Source of the DNA: Octopus sinensis
Lineage: Eukaryota
NCBI RefSeq assembly: GCF_006345805.1
Contig: NC_043007.1
Coordinates: forward strand, 75,516,001 to 75,580,000
DNA: 64,000 nt
Direction: 5' to 3'
Shown: positions 24,720 to 38,479 of the stretch, piece after piece
Position numbering within the stretch: the first letter of the stretch is position 1
Layout: each line of letters starts with the position of its first letter
Notes under the pieces: model-generated
The model's database searches: none
What the model saw: the letters and a program-made list of their open reading frames with translations, nothing else
What the model was told of the DNA's origin: nothing
Position numbers and translations under genes: made by a program

Positions 24720-25207
24720 AGCCCATTGTCATCACGTATTGCCTAAGGTCTCGGTCATTTGTCATTGCTTCCATGAGGCCCAGGACTTGAAAGGTGCGTT
24801 TTATGTCCCACCAGCATGGTTGCTAGTTTCACGACACCAGCATTGCCCATATTACCTCCATGAGGATAAACACTTGAAAGGCACTTTTTACTCATCACTG
24901 GCATGGATGCCAGTTACGTCACACCAATAATGGTCACAACTATGATTTCAGTTGGCCTGACAGGTCTTTGCAATTTGGCCGTTTGCCAGCTCCGTCTGGC
25001 ACCTGTGCGGGTGGCACGTAAAAAGCACCCACTACACTCACGGAGTGGTTGGCGTTAGGAAGGGCATCCAGCCGTAGAAACACTGCCAGATCTGACTGGG
25101 CCTGATGCAGCCTTCCGGCTTCACAGACCCCAGTTGAACCGTCCAACCCATGCTAGCATGGAAAACAGACGCTAAATGATGATGATGATGATGATGATGA
25201 TGTTGAT
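24720..25207 (+). mobile_element. RTE LINE 3' fragment with (GAT)n tail
   Basis: Homologous to 26689-27417 and 45920-46527. Confidence 0.8.
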
Positions 25208-25209
25208 GT

Positions 25210-26121
25210 TACTGGTGTCGATATATGGTGTATGAGTGTGTCTTGCGTATTGTGTGTTTGCTGTACTATGGCTTCTCTTTTACTATTCTTCCTTTTCTTT
25301 TTTGGGCTTTTCAGGGGTGTATTTACTATTTCCTTTATTTTTTTTCTGGGTACTTCTGTAAACTCCTCTTTTTCTGTGTCTTCCATACACTTCTCCTGGG
25401 CTGGGCTTGACATTTTGGCACTCTGTTCATGCTGGTTTTCTCCGATTTCATTGTTTACCTGGGGGCACTTTATTTTGATGTGCTCCTTTTCTCTGCAGTG
25501 ATAGCATGTTGGAGGTCTCCCTTCTACCACCACTCTCAGCCTTATGTCCTCAGGCAGCAACACCTCTTCTGCTATTTTGTTCAGGTCTTGCTAGGTGACT
25601 CGGATGACTACTTCCAGGCCATAACCCCAACAATTCATTTTCTTTGTTCTTACCACCTTTAATATCTTTGCACCTTTGAGGGTTCCATGCATCGAAACTG
25701 CCACCAGCCACACTTCTTCAATTTCCGGTGGTACCCTGCCTATCCTAATTCTTGCAACTCTTTTACTGCAGTAGGTCAGCAGGAGTACCCATTCTTTCGA
25801 CCTCAGCATCGCAGTGGAGTGATTTATTGCGTCTTGTTCGGTGGAAAACCTCACCTCCACTGTGCCATATCTTCCACCTCTAGTGTAGAATGTTGCAACA
25901 CTCTCTACTTCTTCCAGACATTTCTCTATAGCCTCCTCTGTTGCTATCTCGATCTTCTTACTGGTTGTGGACAGCATTCTGCAAACCACTGTCCTCCTTT
26001 TTGTTTTGTTGGTTACTTTCTCTGGTGGGGGTGGGGTCAACCTTAAACTTGACCCATCCTTCTGGATCAGCTCGTTGTACTCTTCCAACTTCTCTGGTTC
26101 AATTCTGACTTCTTGCACCAC
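25210..26121 (-). pseudogene. Tx1/L1-like ORF1 (gag-like, CCHC zinc knuckle), frameshifted
   Basis: ORFs 25591-26121 and 25153-25563; 'EGRPPTCYHCREKEHIKIKCP' is C-x2-C-x4-H-x4-C. A related remnant lies at 43740-44290. Confidence 0.75.
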
Positions 26122-26428
26122 CAGCGAATCCGTTGTGGTGGTACATTTTCAAGTTGCCAAAGCATAGCTCTTGGCATGGGCTTCAACTGGTTCGCAATTT
26201 GTTGGTTTTTTTTTCCGAGTCTCTTAACCCTAAAATGGGAGAAATAAAACAAACAAAAACACCGGCTCACAGGCAAAACGGCAATAGTATTCAACAAAAT
26301 TCAACAACTTCAATCATAGGCACACTCGCAAGAGGGAACTTTCAACAAAAGATAACAAAACTTATCGGTAACAGGAATCACGAATGATTTAACAGCAACA
26401 AAGTTTGGCGCATATGACACTGATCTAC

Positions 26429-26665
26429 TATCTGTTTCTTTATTACCCACAAGGGGCTAAACATAGAGGGGACAAACAAGGACAGACATAGGTATTAAGT
26501 CGATTACATCGATCTCAGTGCGTAATTGGTACTTAATTTTTTGACCCCGAAGGGATGAAAGGCAAAGTCGACCTCGGCAGATTTTGAACTTAGAATGTAG
26601 CGACAGACGAAATACCGCTAAGCATTTCGTCCGGCATGCTAACGATTCTGCCAGCTCACCGCCCT
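26429..26665 (-). mobile_element. SINE family B, full length
   Basis: TSD ACACTGATCTAC at 26417-26428 and 26666-26677. Confidence 0.9.
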
Positions 26666-26688
26666 ACACTGATCTACCAGCTTGCATG

Positions 26689-27417
26689 CATCATCATCAT
26701 CATCATCGTTTAACGTCCGTTCTCCATGCTAGCATGGGTTGGACGGTTCGACCGGGGATCTGGGAAGCCAGAAGGCTGCACCAGGTTCCAGTCTTATCTG
26801 GCAATGTTTCTACAGCTGGATGCCCTTCCTAACGCCAACCACTCCGTGAGTGTAGTGGGTGCTTTTTACATGCCACCTGCACAGGTGCCAGGCAAGGCTG
26901 GCAACGGCCACGGTCGGATTGGTGTATTTTACGTGCCACCGGCACGGAAGCCAGTCGAGGCGGCGCTGGCATCGGCCACGAGTCGGATAGTGCTTTTTAC
27001 GTACCACCAGACCAGGGATCCTGGCTGGTTCAATTCGATTTCGATTCGATTTGATTCGATTTCGCTTGCCCCAACATGTCTTCGCAAGCAAAGGGGGTTG
27101 GCATGGGTGCCTGTCGTCGGATTAGGTTCTATATCGACTTTGCTTGCCTCAACAGGTCTTTGTGTCCAAGGGAGGAAAGGCATGCATAAGTGGGCTGGGC
27201 TCACTTGTCCTGCCTGGTCTTCTCACGTACAGCATATTTCCAAAGGTCTCGGTCGCTGGTCATTTCCTCAGTGAGGCCTAAAGTTCGAAGGTCGTGCTTC
27301 ACCACCTCGTCCCTGGTTTTCCTGGGTCTACCTCTTCCACGGGTTCCCTCGACTGCTAGGGATTGGCACTTTCTCACACACCTATCTTCATCCATTCTCG
27401 CCACATGACCATACCAG
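26689..27417 (-). mobile_element. 5'-truncated RTE LINE (ORF C-terminus, 3' UTR with about 60-bp tandem units, (GAT)n tail)
   Basis: 'WYGHVARMDEDRCVRKCQSLAVEGTRGRGRPRKT...DRDLWK' is a typical RTE C-terminus. Confidence 0.9.
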
Positions 27418-27605
27418 ATTTATACATTTCGGAACTGTTCATTTATCCATTCATGGGGGTGTTTGGATTCCACCACAACAAAAACGAAAGCAGCAGCCTT
27501 TATGTTGCTTTTGTTTTTTACTGAAAGTCAAGGCTGTTTCTCTTATAAAAGCATTCTATGTGCTTGCATTCATTCACACAGAAAGCTAGACAGAGAGCAT
27601 TAGAT

Positions 27606-27645
<40 letters not shown>

Positions 27646-27752
27646 CTAAACATTTGATATATACTGAACATATCATTTGATGACTGGATTAATGTTTCTA
27701 ATACTCAATAAAGCTCTTTAAAAGCTTTACTGATAACTCTGTTTAACTACAA

Positions 27753-27826
<74 letters not shown>

Positions 27827-28049
27827 TACTTTACATTGCATTGACAACTCTGGAACTGAACATAGCATGCTGATTTCTGTTTTGGTGGTTGACTAGTTTA
27901 TGGCTTCTATGTTTTGATGAGATGTGTCAATGAAAGACAACGGCAGCCTCTCACTATAAATCAAAAATATACCTTAGCTGATGCACTTCTGCTTTTTCCA
28001 AAACATGTCTGAAAAATTCACCCTGGGTCCTCCGTGTGAAGTCGATTTA

Positions 28050-28250
28050 AATATTGGTTTCAAATTTTGGCACAAGGCCAGTAACTTCAGGGGAAGGGAT
28101 AAGTCAATTACATCGATCCCAGTGTTCAACTGGTAATCATTTTATCAACCCTGAAAGGATGAAAAGCAAAGTTAACTTTTCTGGAATTTGAACTCAGGAC
28201 ACAAGGACAACCAAAATGCTGCTAATGATTCTTACAGCTTGCCACCTTGA
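28050..28250 (-). mobile_element. SINE family B, older variant
   Basis: Reverse complement of the Meta domain and GAGTTCAAATTCC, with the alternative tail seen in the 41390-42575 array. Confidence 0.7.
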
Positions 28251-28834
28251 AGTTGCTTTAAATATTATATATTTTAATACGCTAAAAATATTTTCTTGAG
28301 TATATGCTACTGAAAATTGAGATGTGTCTAATATGTTTGTACATCTATTATGCCATCAAATAAAGTAAATTGAAAGCTTCTTGTAATATTAAGAAATCCA
28401 AACTTCTGTTAGTGTGGGTCTAAGAAAAACTAGAACATTCTTCTGCTAGACACTTTTTCACACCAAATCTAAAATGCTATCAAAACTCGTCAGTTTGGTG
28501 ATAAAGACAGAAATTTCATGAATTTCTTCAGAAATGTTTGACCTTGCGGTCCACTTCATGCCTTTTATCACAAGATGCCTATTACACCCTCCCTGCTTTC
28601 TGAGTGATAACATTTTCAATGTTACAATATTACTCCTGCTTTCCAAAAATTAGATTAGAGGACTACTTTAGCAAGACATGAACTGCAAATACTCGCTCTC
28701 TTTGCTTTATAATATGTATGTATTAAATTTTAATATTGCTGCATATCTTTTTTTTATGATGTCCCTCTCCACTTTCATGGTTGTGTCTGGAGATTTTGCC
28801 TGTCACTTGAGTTAAGCTGGTCAATGAAGAAATA

Positions 28835-29400
28835 TTAGGTTGTCCGGAAAGTTTGTGCCGATTTTTAAAGGAAAGGAAAAGGTCAATAAATACTTGCCAT
28901 TACATTTTTAATCAACTAAATATGAACCATTTTGTTGCCCAATGCGTCTCCATCTTTCCTTTAACTTGAAAATACCCTCTTCCAAGAATTGAGGTGGTTT
29001 CATGGCAAAAAATTCATCAAGGTATCTTTTTACGTCATCCAAGGAATTGAAATTTTTACCATTAAGACTATTCTACAGAGACCTGAATAAGTGGAAATCC
29101 AAAGGAGCAAAATCTGGTGAATATGGAGGGTGGGGTAACACATCCCAGCCAAGCTGCAGCAATTTTTGTCTGGTTTCCAAAGCATCAAGTGCCGAAAATG
29201 AACTTTCTTATCTTCCATTTTAAAGGGTTACAGAATTAACACAGGTTATAGGAACATAAACCTTCTTCCACAAAAAGATAGCTTAAACTGTGCTCTAAAT
29301 GGAGGTGGAGTCAAATTCTATTTTATGGACTCAACCATGTTCTCAAATAAGTCGAAATGTAAGCTACTATAAATCGGCACACATTTTCTAGACAACCCAA
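28835..29400 (-). mobile_element. Internally deleted mariner element
   Basis: TIRs TTAGGTTGTCCGGAAAGTTTGTGCCGATTT and AAATCGGCACACATTTTCTAGACAACCCAA. '[13 protein letters not shown]' is joined directly to '[22 protein letters not shown]'. Confidence 0.9.
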
Positions 29401-30429
29401 AACTTCAGAAGTATGCATTGTCATTAGCAAAGTGGATGACTTTCTTAACATTGTGTAGTGAACATCTGGATGTTGGTGTTGGCTGTGAGAATAATAACTG
29501 AAGCAAACTCACAAATATTTAACTTGATATTTATTGCTGGACATAAGAATATTTGGTGTTGGCTATTTACAATGAATGATATTAGTAATTGCCGAATGGG
29601 ATAAAAAGAAAAATTGCCCTGAAAATATAGAAGGCTATCTGTATGACAACAAAAATACAAAAACCATCTATGCAAATCTCAAATTGATTGTAGCATCAGC
29701 AGTCTGTTGGCCGTCTACCAGGCAAGCGTGGAAGCACACAAGTTAGTGAGCTGCCTTCAACACTCTGTGCCAAGCCAAAGCACCAAAACTGTTTTTATAA
29801 GGGACAAGAAGTTGAAGTTTGGAAAATTTGAGAAAGCCAAATCATGCCACAACTTCATGCCAGTAGGTTAATTTAAAGACCAATCATGTTAAACTGTGGT
29901 GGCTCATTCATGGTGACTGACTGTGTATCTAGTGGTTAGGTTTTGAATTGTTAGGTTTTGAGTCTCCACTACACTTGCTTTCCATGAAAAGCTTAATCCT
30001 TTAATTTAGTTTGTATGAATGGAAATAAATACAGTTTATGGACAAGCTGACTTTTTCTTGTTCTCATTTTCATTTAGCCTATTGAAATAAGCTTTCTGGA
30101 CACTTATTACACTATCGAAGAAATATAATCTTGGCTTCACTTGCTCCAGCTCTTCACAGTCTGTTGATTCTGATCAGACAGGTTTTTTTCTAATTACTCT
30201 TTGTTTTGCTATAAGTGTGATAATTAAAAGCTATGTTGTTCCATCATGGAAGTTGCTAACAGTCTGAACTGATACAGTTTGCATGTTGTATATGTTTTCG
30301 CGTGACTGATGCAACTAGTAACTATGTTGCACCTACATGTTAATGTACCTGTTAAACACTTTACTATGTGTAAATTGCAGATGCACCAGTATTTTCTGCT
30401 TACTACTAAATTATTTAGCCACAAATTGC

Positions 30430-30800
30430 TGAAACATAAGGGTATATTTCGTGATGAATATTTCAAAGAATGGCCATGTATTAAACAAAGGAAGAGTTTA
30501 TTTTGGATTTGACTGTAGAGTATGTAATGGTACATTTAATATTTAACATGACAGGAAATCTGATGTAAAACTGCTAAACACAAATGATGCATTCTGTCCT
30601 TGGATATCTCAACTCCAAAAATAACATATTTATTGATTAAGGGAGATACAGAAAAAGTATGATAATAATAATTATAATACTCACATGCTGCCTGGTATGA
30701 TGACTCATTCAACTCAGATAACTGTATGAATAAATTTCTACAAGTAATATTTTATGATGATAAAAGTGCATGTAACCTTTTTAATGTGATGTAAACCACT
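30430..30800 (+). pseudogene. hAT-type N-terminal Zn-finger remnant (inverted related copy at 32900-33330)
   Basis: 'KHKGIFRDEYFKEWPCIK...CRVCNGTFNI*HDRKSDVK'. The block 'tggtacatttaatatt...tctgatgtaaaactg...aaacacaaatgatgc' recurs reversed near 33125-33215. Confidence 0.55.
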
Positions 30801-30816
30801 CTACATGTAAACCACT

Positions 30817-30847
<31 letters not shown>

Positions 30848-31772
30848 CATCATCATCATTTAACGTCTGCTTTCCATGCTAGCATGGGTTGGACGATTTG
30901 ACTGAGGACTGGCGAACCAGATGGCTGCACCAGGCTCCAATCTGATCTGACAGAGTTTCTACAGCTGGATGCCCTTCCTAATGCCAATCACTCTGAGAGT
31001 GTAGTAGGTGCTCTTACGTGCCACTGGCACATGGGCCAGTCAGGTGGTACTGGCAACGGCCATGCTCAAGTGGTGTTTTTTATGTGCCACCTGCACAGGA
31101 GCCAGTCCAGCAGCACTGGCAATGACATTGCTTGAATGTTTTTCCTGTGTCACCGGCACAAGTGCCAGTAAGGCGATGCTGGTAACACTCATGTTTGAAT
31201 GGTGCTTTTTACATGCCACCAGCATAGAAGTCAGTTAGCTGCTCTGGCAGTGATCACGCTCGGATGGTGCTGTTAGTGTTCAACTGGCACGGGTGCAAGT
31301 CATCGAATTTGCGAATTTGATTTGATTTTGATTTCATTTGCCTCAACAGGTCTTTGCAAGCAGAGTTTAGTGTCCAATGAAAGAAAGGTATGCATAAGTG
31401 GGCTGGTTACATCCCTGGCATAGGCCACGGATTATGGTCTCACTTGGCTTGTCGGATCTTCTCATGCACTGCATATTTCCAAAGGTCTTGGTCAGTAGTC
31501 ATTACCTCGGTGAGGCCTAATGTTTGATGGTCGTGCTTCACCACCTCATCCTAGGTCTTCCAGGGTCTACCTCTTCCACAGGTTCTCTCAACCACTAGAG
31601 TGTGGAACTTTTTCACACAGCTATCCTAATCCATTCTCACCACATGACCATACCAGCACAGCCATCTCTCTTGCACACCACATCTGATGCTCTTTAGGTC
31701 CAACTTTTCTCTCAAGGTACTTACACTCTGTCGAGTATACACACTGACATTACACATCCATCAGAGCATACT
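30848..31772 (-). mobile_element. 5'-truncated RTE LINE
   Basis: Homologous to 26689-27417; (GAT)n tail abuts a (TA)n run. Confidence 0.88.
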
Positions 31773-32079
31773 GTATTTCTCCTACTCCCTTCAGGTTGAT
31801 GGCCCTGCTCGATCTGTAGGAAAGGCATGGGTAGAAACTCTATAAGATGTACCCAATGTAAGCTATGGACACATATATATAGTTCAAATTTATAGAAAAT
31901 TTATAGAAAAACAAAAGATGAAGACAGGTGTAGGAACAACGAGCAAGTGTATTAGTTTGATTCTCGGGAAAATAGAAAAGTTTTACATTTCAAGCCTATG
32001 CTCTTTGACTGAAAAGAATAAGAGGAAATAAATAGAGAAGGAAAAAAATGTGTAGGGTTCACATATATATGTATATATT

Positions 32080-32405
32080 AAAATATAAATGATATATAAA
32101 TATATGCATATATACATACATACATGTACATACCTACATCTATATGTATATATACATGCATATATGGGTACAGGACATCAAAAATACATTGAACACAATG
32201 AGAAACGAAAACATAAAAACAAAAACATGGAAATGAACTATTTTTCAAACAACGAAAGAACAGAGTACAAGACATACAACACAAGGAATATTCCCCTTCT
32301 TCAGTTGTCCCTGTTTCATCTACTTCACGTTTCGAAGGTAAGGACAAGACGTGTCTTTGTTGAAACAGTCCTTCCCGCAAAGCAAATTAAATAAAATTTG
32401 GGATT
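32080..32405. repeat. Interspersed repeat family E copy 2
   Basis: See 22860-23130. Confidence 0.8.
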
Positions 32406-32425
32406 TTTATATATATATATATATG

Positions 32426-32737
32426 TGGAGGCGCAATGGACCAGTGGTTAGGGCATTGGACTCGAAGTTGTGGAATTGCAGTTTTGATTCCCAGACCAAG
32501 CATTGTGAGTGTTTATTGAGCAAAAACACCTAAAGCTCCACGAGGCTCCGGCAGGGGGTGGTGGCGATCCCTACTGTACTCTTTCGCCACAACTTTCTCT
32601 CACTCTTTCTTCTGTTGGCCTGCTCGCTTAGCCAGCGGGGTGGCATCATTTGAAGGCTAAAACAATGCGAAGCGCATTGTAACCAGCCATGTGTAGCAAC
32701 ATCTGATAGCCTGGTCTGTCACGGTAATCACGGTGAT
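32426..32737 (+). mobile_element. SINE family D, tail variant 2
   Basis: GGAGGCGCAATGGACCAGTGGTTAGGGC head with the shared body; distinct tail ending CACGGTAATCACGGTGA; (TA)n on both sides. Confidence 0.85.
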
Positions 32738-33523
32738 ATATATATATATATATATACATTAATGTTTGCTTTTATTTTCAGTAATCAAAAAAATTTACAG
32801 TAACCTGTAGAGTTATTCCATACTTTTGTAGAGTACAAATTTATTATTTATTATTAACAAGAACAGTATTGAGAGGGACTTTGAAGTTTACTAATACTGT
32901 CCATGTAGTCTTAGCACATCAAAATCTACGTGCACTTTCATCATCATAAAACGCTGCAATTATAAATTATTTCATACCATCATTCATGTTGAATGATTCA
33001 TAATGCTTGATGATGTGGTAGGTCACTGTGACATCTACAAGTGTTATTAATTTTTTTTTTATTCTTCCGTGTCCCTCTCTGAATAAATATGCTATTTTTA
33101 TAGTCAAGAGACCCAAGGACTTTAGGCATCATTTGTGTTTTGCAGTTTCAACAAACAGTTTTACATCAGACTTCCTCTTGTGCTGAATATTAAATGTACC
33201 ATCATATACTTGACAGTCAGGTTCAAAATAAACTTTTCATTTGTTTAATTCACGTTTATTGAAACACAGACTTTCAAATAATCCATTTTGAAATGAATAC
33301 TCGACTTCAATCCCTGATGCTTTTCTGCTTGAAAATATTTGTCCAGACTTGCTAGTCATATGAGATTTCATTGCAGCATTTCTAATTGAAGAGATGGCCT
33401 ACTTCTGTAAAGAAGTAGTAATCACCATATATACATACATACGTACATAGATACTTGCATGCATACATACATACATACATACATACACATACACATACAT
33501 ACATACATACATACATACATACA

Positions 33524-33557
<34 letters not shown>

Positions 33558-33564
33558 CATACAT

Positions 33565-33945
33565 TATGGCTGCCCCCTCGTTATCGAGTATGGCCATTGC
33601 ACGAAGCTTAACTGTTACTGGTACTGTGATCGAATGTGACTTTTTAGCTCAGCTAAAGATCTACAATGTCTTGTACAGAATTGGCAACTAAAACCTATAC
33701 CGGTAATAGCCGGCCGTAGTTGTAACTGGGCTTCATGTACCTTTGCATGTCGTTTAAGTCCTCCTGCCGAATTACACTCTCTTCCACATGCCCGACAGAT
33801 ATGATTAGTATGGTGTGTTACACCACCACCAGTGGCCAGGTTGTCACTCATCTGTCTCACTTTATGACTACGAAGATGACTCTTGAGCCCAGCTTTACTG
33901 AGGCAGGGTCTTGCACAGACATTGCATGTCAGCATCAAAAGAAGA
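33565..33945 (-). mobile_element. RTE/BovB-like LINE 3' end with three C2H2-like zinc fingers
   Basis: 'CNVCARPCLSKAGLKSHLRSH', 'CRACGRECNSAGGLKRHAKVH', 'CQFCTRHCRSLAELKSHIRSQ'; inserted in a (CATA)n run. Confidence 0.75.
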
Positions 33946-35129
33946 CCATACATACATACATACATACATACATACATACATACAAATGAATGCACTCCCT
34001 ATTTGTTTACTTAATTGTAAAAATATTCTTTGAATATTTATTGTATGACATTGAAGACTATCTCTTTCCTTCCCTCCCTTTTACCTTTTCTCTCTCTCTT
34101 TCCCTCCCTCTTATTCTCTTCCATTTCTTCAGCCACTCTGCCTTCTAAAACTCTTCCGATCTCCTCCAACTACCACGTGACCAATGTCCACCTAAGGCAG
34201 TGTTGTTTTCTGCCCTACCTTTGACTAGATTGAGAAGCCCAGACAGACATTCTGGGCTTCTCACTCTGTCCTTTAGGACTTTTTTCCATTTCTCGTTTGC
34301 ATTACATCACTGTAATGTCTGTTCGATAGCTGAAGGGTCTTTTTCCTGTTGTATTGTTGTATATGTTATATATGTATAATTATTCTTTTTCTATTGTATA
34401 ACCGAAAGGCCTTTTTCTGTTGTATATGTAGAATTATTCTTTTTCTCTAGTATTTGTATTATTATTTTAATATTGTTCTGTTGTATACGTACAGTTGTTA
34501 TATCATTTTAGTTTGTCTTGTTTGTTTTAGTTCTTGTATACATTTGCTAGCTATTCCCAGAAGCTTCCTGCTCTGTTGCTGCCAAGATGGAGTGGTATCA
34601 ATGTTATAAGCACAAAACCATTAAGATGTCTTGGACATTGACTGTTGAGGAATCAGCTGTGAATTTTCTATGTATTATGCTTTTGTCTTATTTGCCATTT
34701 GTTATGATTTTGTCAAATGTTTCCCTTTGTTGAGTTCTTCCTATTTAACCCACTTTGATGTAGTGATTAATTTGTTAATATTGTTACTAATTTCATCTCT
34801 TCTTGAGATTTTACAACTAGCTACTTTGCTTGTTGTAAATCAGTGACTAATGCTCACTTTGTTTACAATATATTGCTAGCTGGAGTGGACTCTGACCATC
34901 TCTTTGGTGACTAGGTGTTCATAATTGAAGATGAGCAAACTAGCTCAAAACTGAGTCAGTCTCACGATCCTATCATCTGGTGGAGGATGGTAGGGATTCG
35001 CTATCCCTGCTAGCAATATATATGTACAAAGTGCAGGGCTGTACCGATAACCAGCTAGCAGAATATCTGCTAGGGGTTAAACCAGTAGTAACCTTGAACA
35101 CCCACGTTAATGTGGGGATTAACTTTACT

Positions 35130-35169
<40 letters not shown>

Positions 35170-35170
<1 letters not shown>

Positions 35171-37490
35171 CTTGATGTGGGCGGGTTTTGTGAAGAACCT
35201 CATATCGCAAGACATATTGGTCCATTGTCATTTCCTCTTTGAGGTTCTGCAACCTGAAATCTGTGTTCACCACTTCATCCCAAGTGTTCCTGGGTCTCCC
35301 TCTTCCACAGGTAGCATCCATTTCAGTGATTAGCACTTCTTTATACAGTTGTCTTCATTCATGCACATCATATGCCTAAACGATCCAGTGGAACAAACTA
35401 CCTTGATTCCTCTCTAGTTTACACATGTCTTCTACATTCAGAGCTCATGCCTCATTACCAAGGTGTATAGCTGTTCGTATACAAGCATTATACAATCTAA
35501 CTTTTATTCTGGAAGAGAGTTCTTTTGTTGACAACAGAGGTAATAGCTCTCTGAACTTACGCCATCCTATTCTTATTTTCGAAACAATACTTTCAAAGCA
35601 TCCTCCAACATTGCTAAATTGGTCACCTAAGTAACAGAAACTATCAACTACCTCAAGAGAGCCTCCTGGAAATTTGAGAGAGCCTAAGTCCAGTGTGCCC
35701 TTAGTGCTTATTGTTCCTGCACAACTGCCACATACGAAGATGACTTTATCTGTTAATCTACCAGTGATTCCACTGCATTTCTGTGTCCATAGCTGACACT
35801 GGATGCAGCAAATAGAATTTCTTCCAACTTCTTTCCTACATATTGAGCAGGGCCATTTAACTGATGGAAAGAGAGTCTTATCTGCTTTCTTGCTAACAAC
35901 CACTTTGGTCTTTGCTAGGTTAACTTTAAGGCCTTTTGATTCAAGGATTTGCTTCCATACCTGGAATTTCTTATAAAATTCTACTTCAGATTCTGCAATA
36001 AGAGTGAGGTCATCAGCATATAGTAGTTCCCATGGGCATCAAGCTTTGAATTCTTCTGTTATGGCCTCGAAGACTATGATGAATAAGAGTGAACTAAGAA
36101 ATGAACTCCAGTGAACCCCTACTTGTATGCTAAATTCGTCACTGTATTCATGGCCAACTCTTATCTTGCTGACAGCACCACTGTACATGGCATGTACAGC
36201 TCTAATAAGCTACTCCTCTACTCCTCACTTCCTTAGAGACCACCAAATAACAGAGCAAGGGATTCTGTCAAATACTTTCTCCAGGTCGACGAAAACTAAG
36301 TACAATGGTCTGCTTTTGGCCAAATTCTCTTCCTGCAGCTGTCTCACTAGGAAGATAACATCTGTGGTACTCTTCCCAGGTATAAAACCAAACTGCATCT
36401 CCTCTAGTTTAATTCTATTCCCAATCAATTGAGCAATAACTTTCTCTGTAACTTTCATGATCTGGTCTAGCAGTTTGATATCTATGTAGTTGTTTCTATC
36501 TAAGGCATCACCTTTACTGATGATGTGGCAGCTTACTATAATAATACTACTACACCAGTCCTTGGAGGTGACTTCTTCCTGAATAACCTGATTAACTATA
36601 TGAGTAACTAGACTGTATATATCCTTCACTGCTGGATATTTTAATCATCTTGGCAGTGATTCTTGATGGTCCAAGGGCTTCCCTTGTTTTCATATGCTTA
36701 ATTGCTTTATCTATTATATTGCAATCAACTCTGATGGCTGGTCCCTCAATTGGTTCAATATTTGAAAGATTCTCCTTCTCTTATTTATATTTCACATTTA
36801 GTGACCTTACATAGTAGCATTCCATGTATCTTTCTTCCCTGAGTCACTAAATGCAAGCATACCATTATCCATTCACACACATTTTTCAGCCACTGCATCT
36901 CTATGCTCTCTGATACACTGCTTTGCAATCCTGAACACCTCACACCTCTGATCCTCATGTTGTGGAACATTGGCAAATCTCTTATCTTCTGCAATTTCTT
37001 TTGCTATGTAAACCTGTCATCTAGCTTCCCTTCTGGCTACCTGATGTGATTCTCTGCTTCCACCATTTTTCCAGTCTTTCCAGTCCTGTCTCTATGCTTT
37101 TATAGCACTGTCTATTTCCTTGTTCCATTACCATATCACCCTTGGTCTAGGCGGGACTTTGCACCAGCCACAGGCTTGGTCTGCAACCCTCAGAAGATTG
37201 TCTTCAAGGAACTTCCAATTGTTCTCTAAGTTATATGTCCCTACCTCTTCCTCTTTTTCATCAGAGGCTTCCATAAGAATAGCTCTCAATTGCTGTTGGT
37301 TTGCTGGGTCTTTGAGCTTTGATAATCTTTTCCAGAATAGTTTATTTCTCTGAGTCTTTCTAGCTCTAATTCTGAAATCACTAACTAGTAACCTATGTTG
37401 GGTAGTACACTCTTCACTTGGGAACGAATTCACATTTGAGAGCATCAGCGCCTATTCATTGCCTGGTGAGGAGGTAATCGATCTAGCTTA
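35170..37490 (-). pseudogene. Decayed RTE LINE (end of endonuclease, RT, C-terminus)
   Basis: 'TQHRLLVSD', 'QFGFIPGKSTTDVIFLVRQLQE', 'FVDLEKVFDRIP', 'LLYADDL', 'FCYLGD', 'LYNACIRTAIHLG'. Confidence 0.9.
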
Positions 37491-38479
37491 TGTGGTTCAC
37501 ATATACAAACATACACATACTTCCCTTGTACACGCACACACATATACAAAGTTGAAACGCTGTTTGATTTTTCTTTTCAGCATTGAATGTTCACTATCCC
37601 ACTTCCATTGCACACACACAAACATTCACATATCTCCCTTTTACACACACACACATATACTCACACAGAGTTGAAATGAAATGCATAGAATTTCCTTCAT
37701 CCCACTACCGAGTTTGCCATCACCTTTTCCTTTCTCATTCATATGTTGTGATGGAAAAAAACATGAGTATTATTATACTAGATGATAACCCACTCAAGAT
37801 ACAGCAAAGTATTAAACATACAAATTCGCATCAAGAATGGCCACAGTTTTAGGGCTGAAATGTATAAACGAATAAAAGAATACGAGTGTGTGTATGTGAG
37901 TGTGTGTGTGTGTGTGTATGTGTTAGTTATATTATTTTTATTTTTGTCTTATGTCAATACCTAACTTTCTAAGTGAGTGTGGAGTAAGCAGGAAGTTGGC
38001 TATTTCTAACTTGAAAGAGACAGTGGCCACAGAGATTTTAACTAATTGCCAATTTATTAAAAAGCTTTACTCTCCACTGCCTCAAGCATGGTAGATGGAT
38101 TACAAGTAGCAGATGATACTACTTTTCAACACTACAGGATATTGTTTTGTTTTTGTTTTTTAATTTTAATTCATGCTACTTGCTACTTGAAAATTTTAAC
38201 ACTTGAATATAAGATTCCTATTGAATATCACATTAAATTGTCAGCATAGTACAACAGAACTGACATAGTACAACATAGTACAACAGAACTAACTACACAT
38301 ACACATACAGTCATGCACACAATTTCTCCCCGAAATTAGTGTCTACATAAATAATTTTTGATCAATGCAGGCAGAGTTGTTTCAGGGACACCAAACAAAA
38401 GTTAAATTTCTAAAACAATTTTTTCATTAATGAGTAATGTAGAAAAGCAAAACAATTAGATGATTCAAAATTATTGTCC

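Noticed and set aside
33615-33995. Possible exon of a host C2H2 zinc-finger gene
   Set aside because: No TGEKP linkers or splice context; it is followed by a repeat 3' end shared with 14790-14840 and inserted in (CATA)n, so it is a LINE C-terminus.
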